Assembly (NCBI GenBank): GCA_043776025.1
Contig: JAYVRT010000091.1
Coordinates: 1-32,538 of the forward strand
DNA length: 32,538 bases
Direction: 5' to 3'
From: Archangiaceae bacterium
GTDB taxonomy: Bacteria > Myxococcota > Myxococcia > Myxococcales > Myxococcaceae
A model generated the notes under the pieces. That model had not been told where the DNA came from, made no database searches, and saw nothing but the letters and a program-made list of their open reading frames with translations. Position numbers and translations under genes: made by a program. Shown piece by piece: positions 8,932 to 15,805 of this stretch. Each line of letters begins with the position of its first letter. The first letter of the stretch is position 1.

Positions 8932-8960
8932 TTGCATGCTTTGTTCATGGTTTGTATAAT
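8932..8960 (+). promoter_or_regulatory. Candidate sigma-70-type promoter of the rightward operon (-35 TTGCAT, 17-nt spacer, perfect -10 TATAAT)
   Basis: TTGCAT is at 8932-8937 and TATAAT at 8955-8960. Only 6 nt separate the -10 from ATG 8967, which predicts a leaderless mRNA. Its -10 overlaps the -10 of the opposing crtE promoter. Confidence 0.5.
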
Positions 8961-8984
8961 GTCCGCATGAAGCTTGTCAATTCG
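8941..8984 (-). promoter_or_regulatory. Candidate CarH operator: 11-bp phased repeats
   Basis: The minus-strand 11-mers are ACCATGAACAA (8951-8941), ACATTATACAA (8962-8952) and CGAATTGACAA (8984-8974). Each matches T5 and ACA8-10 of the nAnnTnnACAn repeat described for CarH operators, which is 4 of 5 fixed positions. The intervening turn (8973-8963) does not match. Confidence 0.35.
8953..8980 (-). promoter_or_regulatory. Candidate sigma-70-type promoter of the crtE operon (-35 TTGACA, 16-nt spacer, -10 TATACA)
   Basis: Read on the minus strand, TTGACA is the complement of 8980-8975 and TATACA is the complement of 8958-8953. The predicted TSS is near 8946, giving a UTR of about 41 nt with GGAG before ATG 8905. 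This is an AT-rich island in a genome of about 70% GC. Confidence 0.5.
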
Positions 8985-9482
8985 AAGTGGATCGCCGCCG
9001 CCGCGGGCCTCGCCGGGGCTGCCGCCTGGGCAGAGCCCCTGGACGCAAGGGTCAGCAACACCGCGGGAAAGTCGGTGTGGCTCGCGAAGCTGTGGGGCAA
9101 GCCGACGGTCGTCTTCTACGAAGACAAGGACTCGACCGCGCAGAACCAGGCGTTGAAGGACGAGCTGTACCGGCAAGGAAAGGAGAAAGGCCTGCTCGAA
9201 GCGGCGTCGGTGATCGCGATCGCCAACGTCCAGGGCTTCGATTGGTTTCCAGCGCGGAACTTCGTCGTCAGCTCGGTGAAGGACACCGAGAAGACGACGG
9301 GGATCCCCGTCTACCTCGACTGGAACGGGACGCTGTCGAAGAAGCCCTGGAGCCTGAGCGCCACCGGCTCGACGGTGATGGTCTTCGACTCCAGGGGCGC
9401 AAAGCTCTTCTCTCATACCGGGGCGCTCTCCCGGGACGACATCCAGGCGGTGTTCGGGCTGCTGGCGAGCCTGGTGCGCTGA
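8967..9482 (+). CDS. Secreted thioredoxin/peroxiredoxin-fold protein lacking any cysteine
   Basis: Signal peptide MKLVNSKWIAAAAGLAGAAAWA. The mature part follows an AhpC/TSA-like pattern (GKSVWLAKLWGKPTVVFYEDKDSTAQNQALKDEL), but the peroxidatic Cys position is not Cys and the protein has no Cys at all. High GC3 supports coding. A TGATG junction links it to the next gene. Confidence 0.55.
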   Translation: MKLVNSKWIAAAAGLAGAAAWAEPLDARVSNTAGKSVWLAKLWGKPTVVFYEDKDSTAQNQALKDELYRQGKEKGLLEAASVIAIANVQGFDWFPARNFVVSSVKDTEKTTGIPVYLDWNGTLSKKPWSLSATGSTVMVFDSRGAKLFSHTGALSRDDIQAVFGLLASLVR

Positions 9483-11071
9483 TGGCGTGGCTGCTTCTTT
9501 GTGGCGCGCTCGCGGGCGCCTGGCTGTTGCGGCGGCCGATCGCCCGGGCCCTGATCCGCTGGCGGCTCGGCCCCTACCGCTTCACCGTCAACCGGGTCGA
9601 CGCTGCGGCGCCGCTGCGGCGGGCCGAACCCCGCCGGGTGGCCGTCATCGGCGGAGGCCTCGCCGGCATCGCGGCGGCCTCGACGCTGGGCGCGCGGGGC
9701 TACGCGGTGACGGTGTTCGAGGCGAAGAGCTACCTCGGAGGGAAGATCGGCTCCTGGCCGGTGGAGCTCAAGCCCGGGATGACCGAGTGGGTCAGCCACG
9801 GGTACCACGCGTTCTTCCGCCACTACTACAACCTCAACCGCTTCCTCCTCGCGCTCGGCGTGCGGCAGAAGTTCCGCGCGATCTCCGACTACCGGATCCT
9901 CCTCCCTGGCGGCGGGGAGATCTCCTTCGGCGAGCTGGAGAACACCCCGGTGCTGAACCTGCTGTCGATGGCGAAGCAGGGGCTGTACCGGCTGGGCGAG
10001 GTGATGCGCCCGCCGACCCGGGACCTGATGGGCGTCTTCCTCGAGTACGACCCGGTCACCACCTTCGCCCAGCTCGACGGCATGTCCTTCGCCGAGTTCG
10101 ACCGCCGGGCCCAGCTGCCGCCGCGCCTGAAGATGGCCTTCAACACCTTCTCCCGCGCCTTCTTCTCCGACGAGGAACGGCTGTCGATGGCTGAGCTGGT
10201 GAAGGGCTTTCACTCCTACTACCTGGGCCACGACGGCGGCCTGGTCTACGACCACCCCACCGAGGACTACGAGGCCTCGCTGCTCAAACCCATCCGCGCT
10301 CACCTCGCGGAGCACTCGGTCGCGCTGCGCCTGGCGACGCCGGTGTCGCAGCTCGCCCGAGTGCCCGAGGGCTTCACCGTCAACGGCGACCGGTTCGACA
10401 AGGTGGTGCTCGCTGCCGACGTCGTCGGGGTGCGCGCGGTGCTCACCGGCGCGCAGGGCCTCGACGGGCTCGACCCGCGGCTGTTGGCGCTGCAGCCCGG
10501 GCAGCGGTACGCGGTGCTGCGGCTTTGGCTCGATCGCGCGGCGCGCGCCAGCCTGCCGGTGTTCGTCATCACCGACCGCTACCGGCTGCTGGACGCGATC
10601 ACCTTCTACGATCGCACCGAGGCGGAGTCCGCCGCCTGGGTCCGCGCAAACGGAGGCTCGGTCGTCGAGCTGCACTGCTACGCGGTGCCCGACGCGCTGC
10701 CCGACGCCGAGGTGCGCGGGCTGCTGCTGGAGGAGCTCAAGCAGTTCCTCCCCGAGCTCGACGGCGCGGGGGTGCGGCACGAGCACTTTCAGCTGCGCCG
10801 GGACTTCAACGCCTCGCACCTGGGCATGAACGCGCAGCGGCCCGGCACCGACACCGGCGTCGACGGCCTTTACTGCGCCGGCGACTGGGTGAAGCTGCCC
10901 TTCCCCGCGATGCTGCTCGAGGCGGCGTTCTCCAGCGGGCTGGTGGCGGCGAACCGGATCCTCGCCGCCGATGGGCTGCGCGAGGAGCCCGTCGAGTCGG
11001 TGCCGCTGCGCGGCCTGCTCGCCGGAATTCCCCAGTCGCCGGCCCGCAAGCGGCTGATGGGGCCGGGATGA
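9482..11071 (+). CDS. FAD-dependent amine-oxidase-family carotenoid desaturase, CrtU-like (candidate carotene desaturase/methyltransferase, i.e. aromatic-ring synthase)
   Basis: The 529-aa product has an N-terminal hydrophobic helix and then a Rossmann fold (RVAVIGGGLAGIAAASTLGARGYAVTVFEAKSYLGGK). It contains HGYHAFFRHYYNL and a C-terminal LYCAGDW motif. It is translationally coupled to crtY (ATGA at 11068-11071). The flavoprotein family is secure. The CrtU subtype rests on remembered similarity and the crtU-crtY adjacency. Confidence 0.55.
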   Translation: MAWLLLCGALAGAWLLRRPIARALIRWRLGPYRFTVNRVDAAAPLRRAEPRRVAVIGGGLAGIAAASTLGARGYAVTVFEAKSYLGGKIGSWPVELKPGMTEWVSHGYHAFFRHYYNLNRFLLALGVRQKFRAISDYRILLPGGGEISFGELENTPVLNLLSMAKQGLYRLGEVMRPPTRDLMGVFLEYDPVTTFAQLDGMSFAEFDRRAQLPPRLKMAFNTFSRAFFSDEERLSMAELVKGFHSYYLGHDGGLVYDHPTEDYEASLLKPIRAHLAEHSVALRLATPVSQLARVPEGFTVNGDRFDKVVLAADVVGVRAVLTGAQGLDGLDPRLLALQPGQRYAVLRLWLDRAARASLPVFVITDRYRLLDAITFYDRTEAESAAWVRANGGSVVELHCYAVPDALPDAEVRGLLLEELKQFLPELDGAGVRHEHFQLRRDFNASHLGMNAQRPGTDTGVDGLYCAGDWVKLPFPAMLLEAAFSSGLVAANRILAADGLREEPVESVPLRGLLAGIPQSPARKRLMGPG

Positions 11072-12195
11072 CGCTCGACCTGGCGCTGGTCGGTGGAGGA
11101 CTGGCGAACGGGCTGCTGGCGCATCGCCTCGCCGCGCTCCGGCCGGAGCTCAACTTCGTCCTGCTCGAGCGGGGGCCGAAGCTCGGGGGAAACCACACCT
11201 GGAGCTTTCACGGCAGCGACGTCACCCCGGCGCAACTGCAGTGGCTCTCCCCGCTGTGCGCCCGCAGCTGGGAGTCCCACGACGTCCAGCTGCCGGGGCT
11301 GACCCGTAAGCTGCCCGGCAGCTACCACGCGATCCGCTCGGAGGACTTCGACCGGCAGCTGCGGGCCGGGCTGGGCGAGCGGGTGCGAACCTCGTGTCCG
11401 GTGCGCGAGGTGCACGCGGGCCGGGTGGTGCTCGACTCGGGGGAGAGCCTCGAAGCGAACGCGGTGATTGACGGCCGGGCGACCCCGTTCGACTTCCCGG
11501 CCGGCTTTCAGAAGTTCCTCGGGCAGGATCTGCTGCTGCGGGCTCCCCACCGCCTCGAACGGCCCCTGCTGATGGACGCGACGGTCGAGCAGTTGGATGG
11601 CTTTCGCTTCATCTACGCGCTGCCCTGGGACACCCAGCGCGTCCTCGTCGAAGACACCTGCTACAGCGACGACCCGCAGCTGGACCTCGAGGCGCTGCGG
11701 GAGCGGATTCGCACCTGGGTCGAGGCACGGGGCTGGAAAATCGACACGGTGCTCCGCGAGGAGTCCGCCGCGCTGCCGATTCCGCTTGGGGGCCGGGTGC
11801 CCCAGCCACAGCGGCCGGTACTCGGCGTCGCCGCCGGGCTGTTCCACGCCACCACCGGCTACTCGCTGCCGTTCGCGGTCCGCCTCGCCGAGACCGTCTG
11901 TGCAATGCCTCGGCTGGACGCCGCGGTGCTGACGCGGACCCTCAACCGTGCCGCCAACGCGCACTGGAACAGCCAGTCGTTCTTCCGGCTGCTCAACCGG
12001 ATGCTCTTCCGCGCCGTCGCGCCCCAGGCCCGGGTGGGGATCTTCTCTTCCTTCTACGGCCACGACGACGCGCTGATCGCCCGCTTCTACTCGGGGCAGC
12101 TGACCCTGGGCGACAAGCTCCAGGCACTGCGGCGGGGGGCGCCGACGGTGCCGGCGTTGAAAGCGATGCGGGCGGCGCTCAGCGCTGGCCGGTGA
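11068..12195 (+). CDS. crtY: Lycopene beta-cyclase (bacterial CrtY type)
   Basis: The 375-aa product begins MTLDLALVGGGLANGLLAHRLAALRPELNFVLLERGPKLGGNHTWSFH. This closely mirrors the Pantoea-type CrtY N-terminus (GAGLANGL...GGNHTWSFH). Confidence 0.85.
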   Translation: MTLDLALVGGGLANGLLAHRLAALRPELNFVLLERGPKLGGNHTWSFHGSDVTPAQLQWLSPLCARSWESHDVQLPGLTRKLPGSYHAIRSEDFDRQLRAGLGERVRTSCPVREVHAGRVVLDSGESLEANAVIDGRATPFDFPAGFQKFLGQDLLLRAPHRLERPLLMDATVEQLDGFRFIYALPWDTQRVLVEDTCYSDDPQLDLEALRERIRTWVEARGWKIDTVLREESAALPIPLGGRVPQPQRPVLGVAAGLFHATTGYSLPFAVRLAETVCAMPRLDAAVLTRTLNRAANAHWNSQSFFRLLNRMLFRAVAPQARVGIFSSFYGHDDALIARFYSGQLTLGDKLQALRRGAPTVPALKAMRAALSAGR

Positions 12196-13093
12196 CGGTG
12201 CCGCCGCCGGAGTCGGAGTCGGGCAGTGAGGCGATCACCGAGCGGATCTCATCGGCGCGGGGGCCCTCGCCCTCGATGCTGAGGAAGCGGGTGTAGTGCG
12301 TGCGGGCGCCGTCGTAGTGGTGGCCCATCTGCTCGGTGAACCCGGCAAGGATGTTCGCCAGCGGGTGGTTGGGCTGCAGCGTCAGCGCGCGCTTGAGGTA
12401 GACATCCGCGCCCTTCGAGTCGCGCAGCTCATGCGAGGCGAGCGCCGCGCCGAACAGCGCGTCCACCTGAGTCGGCTGCCGGTAGAGCAGGTGCTTGTAG
12501 ATGCCGAGCGCCGCCCGGTAGTGGCCGACGTCCATCGCCGTCTTCGCCTGGTCGAGCATCGCCAGCTCGGTCACCACGGTGGGACGCACGGTGACCGGCG
12601 CAACCCGCGCCCGGTGCGGAGCCTCGGCCACCGGGGCCGCTGCCTCGCGCCGGACGACCGGCGACACCGCTTCCCGCCGCGCGACCTGGTGCACGACGAC
12701 CGCCGGCGCCGGCGCCTCGGCCTGGGCGGTCACCTCGACGGGATCCACTTCGACCGCGCTCGGGGCCTCGCCCGGGGCACAGCTGCAGCCAGGCAGCGCC
12801 AGCCAGGCGAGGCCCGCCGCCATCACCGCCTGCAGCGAATGCGGCGCCATCGGGCGCTTGCCGCCCACCGGCCGCTGGGCCGGCATCCAGCGCACCACCG
12901 GCGGGGCCGGCTTCGGCTGGAGGCAGGGGATGACGCAGAGGCGATCGACCTCTGCCTCGGAGAGGAACAGCTCGGTGAACTCGAACCGCGGCTCCTCGAC
13001 GAAGATGCGGGAGACCTCGCGGCCGTCGTTCATCCGCTCGAGCCCGGTGAAATACCTGTCCGACTGGCGGCGCAGGTTCGGGGGCGTGTTCAC
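12179..13093 (-). CDS. TPR-repeat membrane or lipoprotein-like protein with a short cytoplasmic N-domain
   Basis: The C-terminal part has TPR-like helices (HYRAALGIYKHLLYRQPTQVDALFGAALASHELRDSKGADVYLKRALTLQPNHP). A hydrophobic segment ends in a lipobox-like LALPGC. An Ala/Pro/Val-rich linker contains the near-repeat ARREAVSPV/VRREAAAPV. GC3 stays above 90% up to GTG 13093, which forms a GTGA overlap with the upstream stop. Alternative starts are ATG 13033, and ATG 12886 for a lipoprotein form. Confidence 0.6.
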   Translation of the reverse strand: MNTPPNLRRQSDRYFTGLERMNDGREVSRIFVEEPRFEFTELFLSEAEVDRLCVIPCLQPKPAPPVVRWMPAQRPVGGKRPMAPHSLQAVMAAGLAWLALPGCSCAPGEAPSAVEVDPVEVTAQAEAPAPAVVVHQVARREAVSPVVRREAAAPVAEAPHRARVAPVTVRPTVVTELAMLDQAKTAMDVGHYRAALGIYKHLLYRQPTQVDALFGAALASHELRDSKGADVYLKRALTLQPNHPLANILAGFTEQMGHHYDGARTHYTRFLSIEGEGPRADEIRSVIASLPDSDSGGGTVTGQR

Positions 13094-13491
13094 GGGGCGC
13101 ACCCCGCGGACGGGACGCTGAGCAGCACCGAGCAACTGCTCGAGCGGCTGACCAGCTGCAGCTTCACACCTGCCGCCCGCGCGTCCTCGACCAACGCCGC
13201 GGGCAACTGCTCCATCGGGCGGGCGCCGCGGATCTCCGCGCAGCCAAAGCCGAGCGCGTCGTAGGTGAACAGCTTGAGCTCGCCGGGCGCCTCGGGGGCC
13301 AGTTGGTTGATCAGCTCGCCCACCAGGGCGATCAACAGGTACGGCTCGTGAGCCACCGGGTGCTCCGCCTCGAGCACCAGCATCCCCGTGAGGTCGGAGT
13401 TCTCGAAGGCGCAGCGGATGATCTCGTTGAAGGCGATCGTCGGCTCGCACTCCATCCTACCCATCGTCGCGGCGCTCACCATCTGGGTCAT
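13090..13491 (-). CDS. Hypothetical cytoplasmic protein (133 aa), family not recognised
   Basis: High GC3 and typical codon usage. GAGG lies 7 nt upstream of ATG 13491. The gene is coupled to the downstream TPR gene. I could not recognise any motif. Confidence 0.55.
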   Translation of the reverse strand: MTQMVSAATMGRMECEPTIAFNEIIRCAFENSDLTGMLVLEAEHPVAHEPYLLIALVGELINQLAPEAPGELKLFTYDALGFGCAEIRGARPMEQLPAALVEDARAAGVKLQLVSRSSSCSVLLSVPSAGCAP

Positions 13492-13498
13492 CGCACTA

Positions 13499-13521
13499 CC
13501 TCGGTTGGAGACCGACCGAGG
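13499..13521 (-). promoter_or_regulatory. 7-bp hairpin whose 3' arm contains the SD of the 133-aa gene
   Basis: The minus-strand RNA would read CCUCGGU-cggucucca-ACCGAGG, followed by uagugcgAUG. The GAGG Shine-Dalgarno sequence lies within the 3' arm. Confidence 0.3.
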
Positions 13522-13583
13522 CATTGCGAGAAGCACGCCGCCCGCAAAGGGGCAGATCGAGTGCGCAGGGGGTGGGTCAGCGG

Positions 13584-14063
13584 CTACGGCTCGTCGGGTT
13601 TGTGACCCAGGAAGTGGAGCCGCAGGTGCCCCTCGGCCTTCAGCCACGCCTCGTGGGCATAGACGCTGATCGGCCCGTCCTGGCCCTCGCGCGCCCGCTG
13701 AAGCGCCGACGGCGGAGCGCCGGGCGCGGGGTCAGGCAGCTCGAGCTCCACCTTGCGGATCAACCGGTGCGCCTCGAGGACGATCTCCATCGCCTCTTCG
13801 ACCGGCAGCTCCTCGGCGGTGACCGCCTCGGCGAGGTCGCAGACGTACTTCCGACAGGCTTCGGGCCGGGAAAAGTAGATGCCGCAGTCCTTGCCCTTGA
13901 GCGCGGTGCAGCACTGCTTGAGCCGCAGCGTGCCGTCGGCGTTCTTGAAGGTCGCGATGCCGAGCGCCTTGAGCCGGAGGACCTCGTCACTCGAGAGGCG
14001 GACGTGGCCGAACAGCGACCCGTCGCAGCACAACCCGCAAGAGCGACACAACGCGGTGAGCAC
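13584..14063 (-). CDS. YkgJ-family cysteine-cluster (putative Zn/Fe-binding) protein
   Basis: N-terminal CRSCGLCCDG (CxxCGxCC signature of the YkgJ/UPF0153 family) plus a later C-x-x-x... C-rich block (QCCTALKGKDCGIYFSRPEACRKYVC). Confidence 0.75.
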   Translation of the reverse strand: MLTALCRSCGLCCDGSLFGHVRLSSDEVLRLKALGIATFKNADGTLRLKQCCTALKGKDCGIYFSRPEACRKYVCDLAEAVTAEELPVEEAMEIVLEAHRLIRKVELELPDPAPGAPPSALQRAREGQDGPISVYAHEAWLKAEGHLRLHFLGHKPDEP

Positions 14064-14104
14064 CGGGGGCTTCTAACACCCCCGGAAGCGCCCCGGTCAG
14101 AGCA

Positions 14105-15091
14105 CTACGGAAGGACGACGAGCTCGCCCTCGACCGGCACCGAGACGCCCTCGACGATCTGCTCGACATCACCGAAGCGGCCGCCCGGCATCCGCACCGT
14201 GGTGTAGACGCCGTCGCGCAGCAGGGTGACCTCCGACTCCAGCACGGCGGGGCCGGCGCCCGGCGCGAGGGTGTGCACCGCGGCGACCTTCCACCCCGCC
14301 TGCGCCTGGGCGGCGAAGGCGGGCGCGACGAAGACGAGGACGCCGAGGAGGCTCGCGAGCACCGCCACCGCGCGGCGGCGCCGCAGCGTCACCAGCAGGC
14401 CGGCGGCGAGCAGCGCGAACGGCGCGGTGCCGGTGCTGCTGCAGCCCTTCGCGCCTGGGTCGACGGCCGGCATCACCACCGCGGTGTAGAGGAAGCTCAG
14501 GCCTTCGCGGTCGTCGGCGGCGAGCGCCCGCTTGGAGACCTCACCCGGGGTGCTGTGGGGGTACATCAGGCAGTCAGGCTTCGCCGGGTTGTGGGCGAGG
14601 CCGAGCGCGTGGCCCAGTTCATGGGTCATCGCGTTCTGCACGTCGTACCGGCCCGTCTCGGGCGAGGCGCCCACCACTGCGAACGCGGTGTGCTTCGCGT
14701 TGAAGGCGATGTCGGCCTCGATGATCTGGTGGGTCGTTCGGGAGATGCTGACGACAGTGATCGCCACCGCGTCCACGTCCCACTTCCACTCCTCGGGGAC
14801 GACGACGTCGCTGGTGCTCTGCGAGGGGTGGTCGAAGTCGTAGCCGACCCCGTGCGCCTTTCCCGCCGAGCCGTCGAGCACCAGCGAGGGCACCGCGGCG
14901 CCGACCGTCCTCAGCGCCGCCTGCACCGCGCCAGTGGCGTTGGCGGCCTCGAGCTTCTCGTCGAGGTCCGCGTCGATGACGAAGTGGAGCGGCGCCTTCC
15001 AGGTCGCGATCGCCCCGGATGAGTCACGCTTCACCTCGTATCCCTGGGCGACGGAGGCGGCGAGGGCGAGCGCGACGAGCGGGGATCTCAT
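14105..15091 (-). CDS. Secreted matrixin-type zinc metalloprotease (metzincin) with an internal MYXO-CTERM-like segment and an 88-aa tail
   Basis: Signal peptide MRSPLVALALAASVAQG. HExxHxxGxxH zinc site (HELGHALGLAH) followed by a Met-turn (CLMYP). The remainder is described in the findings. Confidence 0.8.
   Translation of the reverse strand: MRSPLVALALAASVAQGYEVKRDSSGAIATWKAPLHFVIDADLDEKLEAANATGAVQAALRTVGAAVPSLVLDGSAGKAHGVGYDFDHPSQSTSDVVVPEEWKWDVDAVAITVVSISRTTHQIIEADIAFNAKHTAFAVVGASPETGRYDVQNAMTHELGHALGLAHNPAKPDCLMYPHSTPGEVSKRALAADDREGLSFLYTAVVMPAVDPGAKGCSSTGTAPFALLAAGLLVTLRRRRAVAVLASLLGVLVFVAPAFAAQAQAGWKVAAVHTLAPGAGPAVLESEVTLLRDGVYTTVRMPGGRFGDVEQIVEGVSVPVEGELVVLP
14372..14446 (-). other. 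MYXO-CTERM-like sorting signal (GC-x, hydrophobic helix, RRRR) located internally rather than at the C-terminus
   Basis: The peptide is GCSSTGTAPFALLAAGLLVTLRRRR. It is followed in frame by AVAVLASLLGVLVFVAPAFA/AQAQ, which looks like a signal peptide, and then about 66 further residues. Confidence 0.5.
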
Positions 15092-15317
15092 GCCCTGCCC
15101 TTGAGCAACCGCGGTGCCGCTCTAAGCGGTTGATCAGCCGCGGCGGGCGAAGGTCAACTCCGACCAGGGAGAGTCAGCTCACACTCTGCGCTGCTGTCGG
15201 GTGGCGTCTGCTCGGTGGGCCGGCGCACGATTGATTTCAGACCGTCGACGGTCGCGAGGTGAGCGATGGTTGATCACCTGCCAGAGCAGACTCAGCCCGC
15301 TCACCCCTGAGGTGCCC

Positions 15318-15803
15318 ATGACCCCACCGTCGATCTCTCCTCGCCCGCCGCTTCCTCCCTTCACGCGCGAAACAGCGGCCGCCAAGGTTCGCGCCGCGGA
15401 GGACGGCTGGAATGGCCGCAGCCCCGAGAAGATTGCCCTCGCCTACACCGAGGAGAGCCTCTGGCGAAACCGCGCCGAGTTCTTGCGCGGCCGTCCGGCG
15501 ATCGTCGAATTCCTTCAACGCAAATGGGTGCGGGAACTCGATTATCGGCTGATCAAGGAACTCTGGGCGTTCAGTGACAATCGGATCGCGGTGCGCTTCG
15601 CCTACGAATGGCACGACGACTCAGGCCAGTGGTATCGCTCGTACGGCAACGAAAACTGGGAGTTCGATCCACACGGCTACATGCAGCGCCGCATCGCCTC
15701 GATCAATGACCTGCCGATCACCGCGGCCGATCGCAAGTACCACTGGCCGGCGCCGGGCCCCCGGCCGCTCGACCACCCGGGCTTGACCGAACTGGGGCTC
15801 TAA
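15318..15803 (+). CDS. DUF1348-family (NTF2-like fold) protein
   Basis: The 161-aa product matches the remembered DUF1348 consensus well: [64 protein letters not shown] and YGNENWEF. Confidence 0.8.
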   Translation: MTPPSISPRPPLPPFTRETAAAKVRAAEDGWNGRSPEKIALAYTEESLWRNRAEFLRGRPAIVEFLQRKWVRELDYRLIKELWAFSDNRIAVRFAYEWHDDSGQWYRSYGNENWEFDPHGYMQRRIASINDLPITAADRKYHWPAPGPRPLDHPGLTELGL

Positions 15804-15805
15804 CC

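Noticed and set aside
8906-8946. A possible cobalamin riboswitch in the crtE leader, considered because regulation here is B12-linked.
   Set aside because: The predicted leader is only about 41 nt, far too short for a B12 riboswitch, and I saw no B12-box-like element. B12 dependence is expected to act through the CarH protein.
8952-8966. The ORF-track TTG start (MYNVR...) for the thioredoxin-fold protein.
   Set aside because: The TTG-TAT-AAT codons are better explained as the -10 TATAAT promoter element. ATG 8967 gives a canonical signal peptide (MKLVNSKW...).
6333-9416. A 1027-aa minus-strand ORF that extends CrtI upstream across crtE and into the rightward operon.
   Set aside because: The extra N-terminal 520 aa or so are Arg/Ala/Gly/Pro-rich low-complexity sequence, typical of out-of-frame reading in high-GC DNA. 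They overlap the well-supported crtE gene. The CrtI Rossmann fold begins right at ATG 7850, which overlaps the crtE stop.
15092-15317. The larger intergenic gaps (15092-15317, 16178-16380, 22154-22341 and 32171-32338), scanned for tRNA or small-RNA genes, CRISPR repeats and strong terminators.
   Set aside because: I found no T-loop-like GTTCGAATC motif or cloverleaf, no spaced direct repeats, and only weak 4-5 bp stems. Nothing here is supportable by eye.
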